A DNA stretch of 64,000 nucleotides, from positions 186,001 to 250,000 of the forward strand of contig JAPEUD010000008.1 of assembly GCA_026026165.1 (NCBI GenBank), read 5' to 3'. Source of the DNA: Sarea resinae. Taxonomy: Eukaryota. Under the pieces are notes generated by a model. The model was not told the origin of the DNA and ran no database searches. It saw nothing but the letters and a program-made list of their open reading frames with translations. Positions 23,677 through 36,876 of this stretch are shown piece by piece. Made by a program: the position numbers and the translations under genes. Each line of letters opens with the position of its first letter. Positions within the stretch are counted from its first letter, which is position 1.

Positions 23677-26027
23677 ATGGTGAATATTCGCAAAGGCGCC
23701 CAACCTTCAGAAGAGGCCTCTGCTCCAGCGAATCGTTGCGACTTGTCAAGTCCGATGTCTGGTTTCCATGCTGTCAACTCCGGCATCGCTCTTGACGGGA
23801 CCAGTTCAAATATTGAAGGAGAAGATCAACGGGCAACACCGCGTCCGAGTAGCTCCATGATGTCGGAAGGAATATCTCATAGTGGGCAGGATGAGTCAAC
23901 ACCGAACACACCAACTCGAAACAGTTTTGGCGGGGTCACAGGCCAACGACCTCTTCCAACATCTTCCACCTCTGATGCACTGTCGTCTAAGCACCAGCCC
24001 GGAGACCAGCAGCAGAACAGACTACTTAGCAGAGAGAGCTCACACCGTTCGACTAGGTCTGCAGATTCGCAAGATATGGATGTGGATGATGGCTCAGATG
24101 ATGGCCAGGAGGGTTCAGATACTGAGAGTGTCGGTGGCGATTCTGGGCGACCTTCCAAGAAGAAGAAGGGGCAGAGGTTCTTCTGCACGGACTTCCCTCC
24201 TTGTCAGTTGAGCTTCACCAGAAGCGAGCATCTTGCCAGACACATCAGGTATGTAAAACCTTGCGAGGGGAGCGCCGTGACCCCAATTTCTGACTCCTGT
24301 AGAAAACACACTGGCGAACGTCCGTTTCAATGTCATTGCGCCCGTAGATTTTCTCGGCTCGACAACCTCCGTCAACATGCCCAAACCGTACATATCAACG
24401 AGGATATCCCCGGAGATTCGCTTGCAGCTACTGGAACGAGATTCCAACGACAGATTCGAACCGATCGTGTACGGCCCCCAGGGAATCGGTCTCGCGCATC
24501 TACCATAAGTACGTCCGGTCATAGCCGTGGCCACAGTAGGAATCTGTCCTCCTCTAGCGTCGGTTCTACAGCCTCGAGCTTGAGCCACAGGGACGATGTT
24601 CGCCGACGTCCGCCGCCTTTGATGATGGCCGCTGATCCAGCATCTCGTGGAAGATTGAGCCTGGATACCTTCCGATCTCCCCCAGACAGTCCTGCAAACC
24701 AATTTTCCGCGTATCCCAATCATTCTCCAGGTGGCTTTAGTACCCCGACTTCGGCAACATTTTCTACTGGCCCTGGTAGTCCGAGATATGGTCCCGCTCT
24801 ACAGTCGCCTATCTCCACAGTACCGCGAAGCATAGGCGTTTGGGGCCCTCGAACGCCCGGCCGCAGGCTTTCTGTGCCCTCTGGCGCAAATCCGTTCCAG
24901 TCTCCTCACGGTGCTACTTACCCTCCTCCATATCTCAGTCCTCTAGCTTCCTCGACCGCTTCTACGTTTTCTGGAGATAGTAGTGTTTTCGCGAGTCCAT
25001 CCAGTTCGACCTTTTCACAAGGTCGTCGTGACCCGGCGGCTGAAGCAGAATGGCGACGGAGGACCTGGCACCCTGAGACAACCCCTAATTATCAACCTCG
25101 TCCAGCAACCAGTGGCCTTAGCTATTATCAAACCCCGGATACCGCTCAACGGACCGCAGTCCCTCAGGCCGCAGCTGGTCAGGCCACCCGCTTACCTGGC
25201 ATCGAGAGCTTTGATCACCGGCCCAGGACGCCACAAGGCAGAGGCACAAGTCCGATGCAGATTGATACCCCAAGTCGGCCACCAGTCAGGGGTCCCCACG
25301 AATTTTCCACTCCAGCATCGGACATCTCCAGGGGTCCATCGAATTGGGATATGTCGCTGCATCAGAATCTCACTAGGCTGGATCTAGCAAACTCAACCCC
25401 GCCAAAAGAGTCTGCGCCTCGAATATACCGGCCTTCTGGGGGTCCACATACTGAGGCCCCACGACCAGTCACCGCTCCTCACTCAGACAATTACGCTCAC
25501 ACGGGGGGGCTAGGATATGAGCCAGGTCAAAAGCGCCCGGCAGAGACAGCTCAGCCTGCACACAAGCCTCCAGAAACACCACGCAAGAACAAAAGGCACG
25601 GATGGTACAATGGACCACTACCGAACACGCAGCAAGTATACGCAGCGGAGCGTCCTTCTCCTGAGGATTCAAGTAGCAGTGAGGGCGTCCCAACACCCTC
25701 AACCTCATCTGTGGGGGAGTATCATCCTTCAATAGTGCACAGCAACGGCTACATAGAGTCACATCATCCTGTAGTCGGTGCTGAAGCGGCGAGCCATGTA
25801 AGTTTTGTGACATTCCACGTTCTGGCCTCGCTTACTCACCCGTTTTTTTCTAGACCTACACAGCTTCTGGACACACTGAGGGATACGTTCTCCCCTCGGA
25901 CACTGGGTCTCGCCCCGTAGCAGGGGAAGAACCAATGACCCCGAAAAGAGATACGGACATGGGCCGCCTGGAAGCGCTCGTCGCTGTGGCAACAAGCGAG
26001 GAAAAAGCGGGAAGCAAGCCATACTGA
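23677..26027 (+). CDS. nsdC: C2H2 zinc-finger transcription factor of the NsdC/Usv1 type, 3 coding exons
   Basis: [53 protein letters not shown] across intron 24249-24302, plus RRRTWHP and LPGIESFD motifs. Intron 25798-25853 gives the terminal [14 protein letters not shown] motif. The start is uncertain (23677 or 23755). Confidence 0.85.
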
Positions 26028-27296
26028 GGCTTTCTCCTGGCTGCAATTTTAGCTTGTCAAGTGGACGGACGAGACATGACGGACGACTTGACGAGTGTCA
26101 TGATATCACGAAACTTCATGAGCTAAAGCCGCGAGGCTCCATCATCGGTTAGAGTATACCCTTGAGAGGCGCCGGGATTCAGTCTTTGGCAGGCTCTCTT
26201 TCCAGGGCGCTGCTATCGTTGGCGTTAGTTCCCTACATTCTTTCTACGAGGCGCAAAGGTTTACGTTGTTCTTTTCTTTGGTCCTTTCACTTCTTAGCAT
26301 CCTGTCTACATGGTTGGTGTGATTGCTCTATTTGCGTTCGGGGGATCTCATGCGTGCTGGGCTCACTTTCCTATTGTTGAATGATTGTGATGACGTTATG
26401 CCTCTCTTTCTGTCTCTCCGGCTTTGGCCCCCTCTTTCCATGTCTTTTGCCTGCTTCGGGAAATCAATACCATCTACTTTTTTATGGCACATAATTTCGT
26501 CGTCCTTTTAATCTACTTGGATATGAATATTTGGGTCGGCCGAGGCTTCATCCGTGGTGACTAAGGCGTTAGATTTTGCAGAGGTATGAATCCCAGAGAT
26601 TCAGTGAATATCGAGACTTAGTTCTAATGACTCTCCACCCCGGGTACCTAGGTAGGTAAAGGTGGTCTGTAGCATGCCTACCTGGTAGCTAGTCTGTGAA
26701 ATGATATTTGTGCTCTGTATGCTCCTTTGTTCTGGAAGGGTGAGGTAGGTGAGTGATGTGCACGGCAGTTCATGATCTGAATCGGTGCCTATCATAGTCT
26801 CCGGGGCTAACGTCTCAGGTACTTCGTACACCGCGCGAGTAACTCGCTCTAGGCAGCCAAGGGCCTAAGGTACCTAGGTATACAAAGTAGCACTACCTAC
26901 GTACCGCAGTAGGCAAGGTACAGGTAAAGTAGGTAGTAAGGTAATCGGTGCCGAGACGTCATTCCGCCTGACCAGCTCTAGATTAATGTTGAGCTCAAAT
27001 CATTGCCCTTGACTTCACCAACAACCCACCGCCAAAACCCTAGGTATGAGCATTGCTAGACCATCTAGCAATCGCCAACAGCTTTTAGAAAGAGTCGCCT
27101 CATTTTTATTCCTACTGCAGAATCTGTGGTCTTCGTAACGAGTCGACCAAGCACCAGGCCCCTTGACAGCGTCCCCAAAGGCCATGACGCTGCTGCCTAC
27201 CGACCCTAATACCCTCTCTTCAGCCTCTGAACAACACAGATAAATCTACTTTGCAGCACCGTCCAAATCACTGCCAGACCACCGAAAGCTATAACC

Positions 27297-28451
27297 ATGT
27301 CTATTCCGCAAGTCCGGGGCCGTCAATCCCCTCCTCACTTGACAGCACCACAGCCACAAGCACGACGCCCACGCCCCCGCCCCCGCTTAGGCTTCACTCT
27401 TCGCCCGCACCCCTACTTCTATCCTTATCCCTTCCGCGGTATTGTCTACTTCCTCCGACATCCCGCCCTTTACCCGCTCTTGCGGGCGCGCCTACTTCCT
27501 TGTGCCCTGCTGTCCGCCTTCGTCCTCACGCTTCTTTTCACATTCACATATCTACCGCAAGTCGCGTTCCTAGCACTATTCCATCCGACGCGCGGACTGC
27601 CTTGGTTCAGTGGTTCGGTTCTGGTCTTAGGGGAAGGGAGCTTGGTGGTGGCAGTGCTGTGGGAGGCCTTTTTTGTTGATGAGGCCTGTGTTGATGTTTT
27701 CGATGCTGTGAGTGCGGAGAACATTCCCTACCACCGCATTTGGACCGCAATTTTGCCCTTCCCTTTTCCTCCTGTATTGCATGAATCATGCGCTCTTCCT
27801 CTGTTTCGAATCTCACTTTCCAAGCTAATTACAACCATTCCATATCCTTCATTTTCCTTTAATACAACTCCCACTAACTCATCCTAGGTCCTCATCCTTC
27901 GAAACCACGAAGATCTCCTCTCTCCATACCGCACTATTCACCCTCCTTCCGGGGACAACCCCACCTCTCCCCTTCCTCGCCTAGGCCCAATCCCTTCCCG
28001 TTCACCAAACACGTACTCCCCTTTCTCTCTCCGCCAAATAGTCGAATTCACGTTGCTGCTCCCACTTAATCTCATACCCGTCGTCGGCGTTCCCCTCTTC
28101 CTGGTTCTGACAGGCTATCGTGCCGGGCCCTTGCACCATCACCGGTACTTCCAGCTGCGTGGAATGGGGAAGAAAGAGAGGAAGGAGTCGGTAAAGAGGA
28201 GAAGGGGCGGATATATTTTGTTTGGAACCATAGGGTTGGTGTTGCAGCTTGTTCCGGTGGCTAGTATGTTCTTTCTGATGACGACGGCGGCGGGGTCGGC
28301 GCTTTGGGCTGCAGATTTGGAGGAGAAAAAGATGGCGAGGGAAGGGATTGTTGACGACGGACATGATGGGCGTGGCGCAGGGGAAGGGGCATATAGGGAT
28401 GATTTTGATCCCAACGATGGTCTTGACGTTGGCGTCACTTCTCCTGTTTAG
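27297..28451 (+). CDS. EI24/Lds-like multi-pass membrane protein, 2 exons
   Basis: YPFRGIVYFLRHPALYP, FTYLPQVAFL, LVLGEG, DVFDA|VL across intron 27708-27887, LPLNLIPVVG and GPLHHHRYFQLRG. Confidence 0.85.
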
Positions 28452-28628
28452 TCGTAGCATGTCACGGTGCAAGACCATCTAGGCACATCCGATCTTTCAT
28501 GATGGTATGAATTTCAGCAAAACCTCTATTCCTCTACTTCCGAGCCCACACCCCATCATCGGCAAACGTCTCTTTCACGTACAATTTCTCTCGGACCTCC
28601 GTCAGCAGATGGATGACCAAGTCCACTA

Positions 28629-28657
<29 letters not shown>
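28629..28657. repeat. Poly-C homopolymer (29 nt)
   Basis: Uninterrupted C run in the sequence. Confidence 0.95.
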
Positions 28658-28661
<4 letters not shown>

Positions 28662-28876
28662 ACTTCGGAGCCGTAAGCACAAAGTGCCGTCCTACATAAA
28701 ACACCTACCGTCCGTCCGTCTCAGGGAAAAAGCGAGGGTGTGATCTACCTTCTTGAAGCTTTGAGGCATCTTCCGTGTCGGGCGGGTCACTCACTACTCG
28801 CCGACCTGATCTGAATTCTCTTAGCAACTGTTCCTCCGCCTGTGATAGGATAGTCGAGGGCTATTTCCTTCACATC

Positions 28877-29238
28877 TTTCCGTCGAACGTCTCAGGGGAA
28901 AATCGAGGTGACGTCCATGGAGGCCGGGTGTGGGGGAAGGAAGGGAGGCGGGGGAGGGGGGGAGGGGGGCACGCCTGGTTTCTAGTGGACGGATCTCTTC
29001 GTGCTATTCGAGCTTCTTCCTTTCTTTCTTTCTTTCTGTGCAATCCCGAGGTGGTCTAATGTGGGATTTTTCTACCTAAGGTATGTCTGGCTGGCTGGCA
29101 TCCGTCCAACGATGCCTTAGTCAGTAGGTAGGGTAGGGTCGGTAGGGTAGGGTTTTTTGGCCCGAGTCCAGCCCGACCAGCCATCCATCCAATAGTATAA
29201 GGTAGTTCTGAGGCCGTTTCCGTCGGACGTCTCAGGGG
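28877..29238 (+). repeat. Dispersed 22-bp direct repeat TTTCCGTCGRACGTCTCAGGGG (two copies, plus a partial copy at 28717-28726)
   Basis: Copies at 28877-28898 and 29217-29238 match at 21 of 22 positions. Confidence 0.85.
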
Positions 29239-29711
29239 CGGGGGTGCGCGGGCAGGGTCTTGCCGGCGTCTATTTACCCTCACTTACTTACACCAGCGAG
29301 AGACACACACGTCTGCGGAAAAAGACCATTGGCGTCTGTTTGGGTTCTTGGGCACGTTGGATGGCATTCATCTCATTTCGGACAGTAGTAGGTAGATAGG
29401 AGCAGTGGTTGCCAAGGAGCAATTATTTGTTTGCGTTAAAAGGGTGACGGGATGGCGGTATTTGATATGGGCACAAGAAGAGCAACATGGGCTCGTCTCA
29501 GGCCTACGCTACGCTACGCTCGCTACGCTATCTATGCTGTGAGATGATCCACCCAAAAGTCCGAATCCGGTCGGTCCAAAGCGCCAAATAATATCCCGGA
29601 ACCAACAGGTAACTCCAGGGCCCACCCCAGTCTATATATCGCGATGAGCACCTCTCGGCCGTCCCATGTGCGCCGCAAAATGTGAAGGAGAAAAGAGGGG
29701 AAGAGGAGAAG

Positions 29712-32282
29712 CTACAACTCCGACAGGATTCCCCCGGCTCGAACGAATCGGCTCTGATACTCTCTCAGATCAGCCCAATGCCTCAACTCCATCTCCTCAT
29801 CCTCGTCGTCATCTTCATCATCCTCGTCGTCGTCGTCGTCGTCCTCGTCCACTCCGCCGTTCCTGTTGTCGCCGAGACCGTCCCGGATACCATTCTGGCC
29901 ACCATCATCAATTTGCGGGCTCTCGACTCCACTTCCCGCTCCAGCCGCAAAGCCTTCACCAGTTCCGTGGGATCGAGGGCCCGACGAGGGTGTGCCGCCA
30001 TGACTTCTGGATTTACTTTTGTGAGCGTGGTTCGGGTGAGGTTGTCGCTCGAGCTTCATGAGGATGTCGAGGAAGGCCGCTAGGTATTGTTCTGTACGCT
30101 GCGCAATGGCGCCTTTGCGCGTGGGGGGCACGTCCAGGAGGGTCGACGCAATTTGACGAATCTTGCAAATCTTGACTGATGTTAGATTCGCGACGAAATA
30201 AGTGGGACCAGGGGGTGCATGTGGGTAAGAAAACAGAAAGAGAAACAAAAAGGCGGGAGAGAAAGAAGAGCAGAAGACCCCACTTACAAAACTGGCGCCA
30301 TTAGGCTCCATGTTGACTTGGCTGATGCTTCCCAAAACCATGAGGAGATCTTTGACTACATTCTCGCGTTCGGCAGACATCTCGGCCTCAGACAAGTCGT
30401 AGTTTGTTGTGGGTGGGAGCGCACTCTCTAGACCTGCGGCTACGATGCCCGGTGAGTCACGCGCTGACGATGGTCGTGTCTGATAGCTTCCTCCTCCACC
30501 GGATTTGAGAAGTCTGTTGTGAGCTTCGCAGAGATTCCAGTACTTCTCGATGATGTAGGAGCGTGTGCCGAGTTGGCTGGCGTATATGTTGGCTTTCTGG
30601 ATCTCATACTGCACTTTCCGGCGCTGCTCCGGGGACTCGTCCTCTTCCGATGAAGAATTCTGCCGTCTGGGGGTGGTTCTAGGCCGATAGTGGCGAGAGG
30701 CGTCTCCTTGCTTAGAGAAAGCAGATTGCATGCTATTACCTGGCTGTAACATGAGCTCCTCTGGAATGCCATTCAGAACGCTCTTGATGTTTCGTAGACA
30801 CTGGTTGAGGACTTTCTTTTGGCGGTCCCAGTCGAACATTTCGTCGATGCCGTAGGCCATTTCCATCGTAGAAAGGGAGTTGTAAGTTGAGAATACGCGA
30901 ACGTTGGCGTTGAAGCCGGTGATCTTGGAAATCACCCCTTGAGGTTGGGGTTGCAGGTGATCTGGGAAGATGTATTCGTCGTCAATTTCGAGAGGGAGAG
31001 GCGGATAGGGGTCGCTTGGCGTTGGAGAAGGCATGAAGAGCTCGCCGAACGCCGCGACGAGCTGCTGGATAGACCTGAGATGGAAATGCTCAGCAAGATG
31101 TCGTAACGGGATCGGCAGTTGGCTATCTTTCTATTCACTCACCTCACACCAACGAATAGTATCCAAAATAATCGCCTCCCAATCTCTTGGGTGACCAGAT
31201 CTGTATTTGTCTTCGAATTGGCATGATAAGCGCCTTGGACGCCCATGGCGGTGGGCAATCCACCCAGACTGTTGTACGATTGACCACTGGGCTTGTGCAA
31301 TCCTATACCTCTCGAAATCGTCAAGCATTCGGCCAAATACAAGCGGCACTGCCGCCAGTTGAATGTATATGCTCCCACCACCCCTAAGAAGTAGCTGATG
31401 GCCGCGTCGTGAACACCCAAGTCCTTGTCCAGATAGCCAGGGCCCCGCGCTTCAACCACCACCTGATGGCATCGCTCGACTAGACTCATGGAACTGGAGA
31501 ACAGGGTCTCTTTGTTCTGAGTCTTGAGGTGAAGCCGTGGCTTTCGCGGAAAGGAAGCTACCAGACATCCGATCATTGACGCCAGTAGTGCTAAGAATGT
31601 GGGATTGGTCAAGTCCTCCCGCCGCTCAAAGGCTGCCCTGAAGGTCGGTTCATGCGGAATCGGGACGAGCGGGTGTATGTAGGTAAAGAAGTCGTCGACC
31701 AGGAGCTTGACTGTCGGTAATGGGCATATTGACTCGGCGGAGAGGGGCTGGGACGTCGAAAGCGAAGCCAAAGCTCGGGCGGCGCGGGTGGGAGTTGGAG
31801 AAGTCGACCCGCCCGACGGCGTATCCGGTGACTCTAGTCTCCGCCTTTTGATCGCCTCGGCGTGTCTATTGGGAGGTCCTCGTCGACGGCTGGGTCTCTC
31901 GAAGGTGCAAGGGATATCTAGGGCTGAGCAAGCCCGACATGGCGGACCACTCTCGTCACACTACAACTCCAATGTCCCGAACATTAGCCAGCGATCCTAC
32001 AGCGAGAGCGAATCGACACAACCCCACCTTCACCTTGCGAATGCTGCAGGAATCGCAGGCCTTTCGCAGTCGGTTCACCTTGCTGCAGTGCGAATCCGAT
32101 GCGGGGACCGAGTCCGGACGAGGCTCAACACTGGGGCGTTGTTCGATGGATGCATACGGCAGTTGGGTGAACTGGTACTGTGCTGGTGGGGTCATGAAGG
32201 AACCTCCAGCTCCGCCAAGAGGCGGATGGGGAGAGCCATAAGGCTGGCCGTCTGCAGGAGAGTATCCAGGCATCGCGGGCAT
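29712..32282 (-). CDS. Zn(II)2Cys6 transcription factor with a fungal-specific TF domain, at least 4 exons
   Basis: RKACDSCSIRKVK|CDESGPPCRACSALDIPC across intron 31961-32027, FFTYIHPLVPIPHEPTF and EIGRRLFW. Further introns at 31075-31142 and 30171-30287. Acidic poly-D/E C-terminus. An upstream coding exon is possible. Confidence 0.9.
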
Positions 32283-33076
32283 TCCAGCCCATTCGGCGGC
32301 GGTCTGTTTTCTCGATTCCTCGATCAAACGATGCAGCTTCTAGGATCAATTGATCGGGCGAGAGGCATTACCGTCTGTACGAGGGTAGTACGATATCGTG
32401 GAAGATGCAGAACACGAGAGGGCAGAAAGGGCAGCACGGGCAGCACGGGCAGCACGGGCACCTTGGGCTGCACTCGCTGCTGATGACACTATCATTACTC
32501 TAATTGAAGATGACTGATACTTCCGTCGATATCGACCTAAAGGCAGTTGCCGGCCCCTCTGCGGCCTTATTGTGATCATCTCCCGAACTTCTTCACCACT
32601 ACTGCGCAGTCGAGCCACTGCCGGCGAGGTACGAAGTGACGAACCGTCTTAGCCGTCAAGCGGTGCCGACGCGATTGCAAGACCAACGACGAAAGACGAC
32701 TAGCTGAGACTACGTAGTAGAGCACGGAGTACTCATCTGATGTGCGTGCTGTTCTCTCTCTCCTCATACTACGCAGTAAGGTAAGGTATATACGCGTCCT
32801 CGACTACTACGTAGTACTCTGGGCGGTATCTGATCTGTGATGCACGGCCCCAAGATCATCACGAATCTCGACCACTTACCTCCCATGTACGCAGTGCCAA
32901 TGACAGAGTGCAGACAGTAGATGGGTAGTAACAATAGCGACCAGTTCAACTCTACAGAGTAACCTCCACTGGAGCTTCTGTCGCAACAGCCACGCTCTCA
33001 CGTTCCATTCGATTTCTCTTCTCGACAACCTCATGCCTAGCCATGGGTTGCTTGCTGCTATTTGATTCTCAACTGT

Positions 33077-33133
33077 TTCTCGTTTCTCGTCTCTCGTCTC
33101 TCGTTTCTCGTTTCTCGTTTCTCGTTTCTCGTT
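33077..33133. repeat. (TTCTCGT)n heptamer tandem array
   Basis: About 8 imperfect copies visible in the gap between the Zn2Cys6 gene and the mucin-like gene. Confidence 0.85.
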
Positions 33134-33790
33134 TCCTGTTTGTGTTTCAGCGAGGCGGCTCAAGTTCCAGGGCGACACTCGATGCGGGCGGTGTCGCTAC
33201 CGATTGGCTACATGTCCATGACAGGAAGCGCTGGACGGCCCAACATAGCAATTGATCGTAACAGACTCGATCCTCCAACCTGATTGAACTGCTCTCCAGA
33301 CGACGGCCATGGTCTTTTCCATGTCTAGAACTCGATCCCAGAGCCAAAATTGTATCGGGCATGTCCACTAGTCACCTGTCTGATGTCGCAGCTAACGCCC
33401 GAGAAGACTGTCTTACTCGTTTTGAGCTCTCAGTCAAGACGAAGTGTTTCGTTTAAGAGCTTCAAAAATGCCCCCCGCTGCCTGGGACTTGACTTTTCCG
33501 AGGAAGAAGACCCGAATCTGACTCTTTTTCTCTCTCGTTCCATTGTACAAGACTCCTGCGTCGCCCTGTCGTGCAGGTCATTCTCTCTTTTCAGTCTCTC
33601 GCTAGAAATCGTCATTCTCTACCAGCACCAACTGCCATTTGCAGTCTCTTTCTTTACTTGCTTCGTACAAGGCTCTCTCTCATTGAGTCCGCGTCAATCG
33701 TCAGAGTTCTGCGAGCAGAACTTTTCCTTTTCTTTCGCCGTTCAACTGCTTATCTAATATCGCCAGCATCTCGACGTGCTCTTAATCAAC

Positions 33791-36184
33791 ATGCTTGGCT
33801 TATCGCTATTGAATCTCTTAATACTTCTGGTCAGCGCCGCTGTGGCTGGTCCACTTAGATATGAGAATACGTTCAGAAAGTGAGTCGCGTCATATTCCTT
33901 TCCTCCGACTCAGTGCATTGATGCTCGCAGCTTGCCACGGTTTTACAACAGTTCATCTCTTTCAACCCAAACCCCACAGCCGGCTGTTTCGTCCTCTTAC
34001 TTACCCGAGTCATCTCCGACCACCACACCGTCTGGGCCTCCTTCAAGCCTCGAGAGCTCGGTAACCACGGCTCTCAGCTCTGACGGAAGTTCTTCGACTG
34101 GAGGTGTAGACATAGTGCCTCTTGCGGCATCGGTCATAGTAACAACAGTGCCAGCGGCTACTTTCCGCGAAAATGGACAGCCTGTCGTCACTCAACCTGC
34201 CATTACCGAGACATATACCACACTAACGCCAACGGCTGCATCTTCTGAAAGCAACATTGTCTCGCAAGCGTCTTCTACAACATCTACAACACCGGCTATT
34301 GCATCTAGCTTTCAGAATACACCTTTGGCAAGCTCGCCTCCTGCTTCCAGTACACAGCTATCAAGTCAAACCCCCTCAAGTACTTCGCAAATCCCGTCGC
34401 CATTATCCACAGTGCCGACTATTGCACTTGGCTCTTCTACTACTCCACAGGCAACCTCCAGTCCTAGCACCGACACTCAAGTACCCAGTCAAACATCTCC
34501 CTCAAGTACTTCACAAGCGTCTCCTCAAATTTCCACGGCGCCGAGTGTGGCATCTGGTTCTTCGACTTTCCCCTTATTCAGCCCCAGTCCCGCCACCAGT
34601 CCTCAGCAGTCAAGCGAAGTCGCTCCCTTGCCGGCACTATCGAGCACTACATCCAATAACAGCATGATGGCTACTGGCTCAGCTAGCATGATCTCTGGAG
34701 TCCCATTAGAAAGCGCAACAACTTCACCCATAGCTGCTTCGACTCCTGTGACCAGTGAAGGCCCACTTGCTTCAGCTCCAGCGGTGAGCGTCGCACCGGC
34801 TTCCTCACCGTCTACTGCCGTGGCATCATTTACCCCATCTGGTTCGTCGGTATCATCCGTGGCGTCGACGTCCGTATTATCTACTTTATCTCCACAACCC
34901 GATGCATCTTACAGCAGGACTTGGTCCCTAGATTACGGAACTGGGACTTTGACGTTCTCTCCTGGCCCCTCGTCAACTGCGAATCAAGCCAACACTACGA
35001 CGGCAGAGAACACTACTCCTACCACTGTTATGTCAGCATCTCTTCAACCTGGTACATCGACGACAGTGACCTCTCCTTCAGGCACATCGGTTGGAAATGG
35101 ATTAGAAAGCCCAGAACCGGCTATCAATCCAACATCGCAAATCAGCTCGAATGCGGGACTGAGTTCTGCTTCAAGTATACCTACACTTCAAAGTTTGCAG
35201 ACGCAGCAGCCGACGACTCAGACTCCTGCGTCTACGACCCCTGTTGCTTTGACGTCCTCGATATTGCCTCAGGCACCATCGACTTCAGCAACGTCTTCAC
35301 TGGACAGTTCGACAGCCCTTGTGCCACTCCCGTCGTCATCTCCTCTCACCATCTCAAGTATTCCTGTTGCGGCATCTGCGCTGGCTTCCTCAGCAACAGG
35401 TCTTCCAACTTCAGTCGGTTCATCGCCGCTACTCTCAGCGAACATCCCAGTTGACACCTCGACAACGCCTTCTGCCGTCCAAGGAACTTCACTCAATCCA
35501 TCGAATCCACTTTTGACAGCCACGTCCACGGAGAGCTCAACGCAGCTTAGCACTCCCACCTCCACACTCGAGAGCACTTATCAGCCCTCTCAGACAAGCC
35601 CGTCTACAGCATCACAATCGAGCACCTCAATCATTCAGTCAAACACGCCGTCGGCTTTCTCCCCAGCACCATCGTCAGATACGACCGATGGTCTCCCGAC
35701 GACAACAGTAGTGCCATCCCCATCTCCAACACCGAGTCAGATCACAAATACCATTCCCACACCCGCAGTAGAGTCTTCTTCTTCTTCTACTTCTTATACC
35801 ACACCGCCATCGACGTCATATCCACCAGTCAGCGACTCGCCCTTTTCCTCAGTCCCTACCACAACACCAACGCCCACAACGGACAATACACCCACGTTTA
35901 CTTTTCCTGTCCCTACTCTCTCGTCCACGCCCCCAGCAGCTGCCGCCCCCTCTCCATCCTCATTATCATTCTCCTCCTCACCATCTGCCCCCTCTAGCAC
36001 TCCAACCACACCAATAACACAGTCCCCGCCTACCAGCACGATAGCTGCCGCATCCTCCACGAGTGATCAAGGCGCGGGTATCACAATTGTGCCATTCACA
36101 CCCAGTGGCGGTTACTATACTGTTACCGAGACAGAGACCGTCACGAAGACGGATGTTGTCACGACAACTATTCGGGGATTCTGA
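33791..36184 (+). CDS. Secreted Ser/Thr/Pro-rich mucin-like glycoprotein, 2 exons
   Basis: Exon 1 encodes a signal peptide (MLGLSLLNLLILLVSAAVAGP). It joins the 750-codon S/T-rich frame through the 51-nt intron 33880-33930 (GTGAGT..CAG). Confidence 0.85.
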
Positions 36185-36876
36185 GTTGCTGATCTTGATA
36201 GTTGGAAATTGAAATTCCGCGAAATATATATATGATCTCATGAGTAAAGAGATGGAATTGTCTAAAAAGGAGAGGCGTTACTCAAATATACTGCGGAGTC
36301 CTCTCTGCTGTGTTCTGATTCTGTGCTGTCTTTCTCTATTCTATCGCTTTCCTTTGCTTTCGTTCGCTTTCGTCACTCGACTCCAATCTGTCCTTTCATG
36401 CTTGTCCCTTTCCTTTTGCTTTCCTTTGCTTTGGCTCCCGATTCGGGTCCCTATGTCTGTCAACCTGCCATCTCATCGTCGATGTGTCATTTCCATTACA
36501 ACAATGCTTAGACAATGATTTTTCTCCGTTCTTTACATTATTAGAGGAAGGACGGAAAGGGCTTTAATCATCTAATACTTCCAGAATATCGAAATCGCTT
36601 GAGTATGTGAGGTGCGTGGCTAGGCGACACATAATCCAGCTAAAAGGACTCCAATAGCAGGCTGACGTCTGCTATGTCTAGCACTTGTACATATACGACT
36701 GTACGACCCTCATAGAGTGATGTTATTTATATCTATTCCGAGCTTTGGTACGATAAGATTGGCCCTCTTTACCCATATTGCTCCACCTAAAATGCTACCG
36801 CTGCCTTACATATGCTCGTACATTGATAATCTGAGATATTTCAAGAATCGAGAAAGTAAAATTGAAGTCGAAGGGC

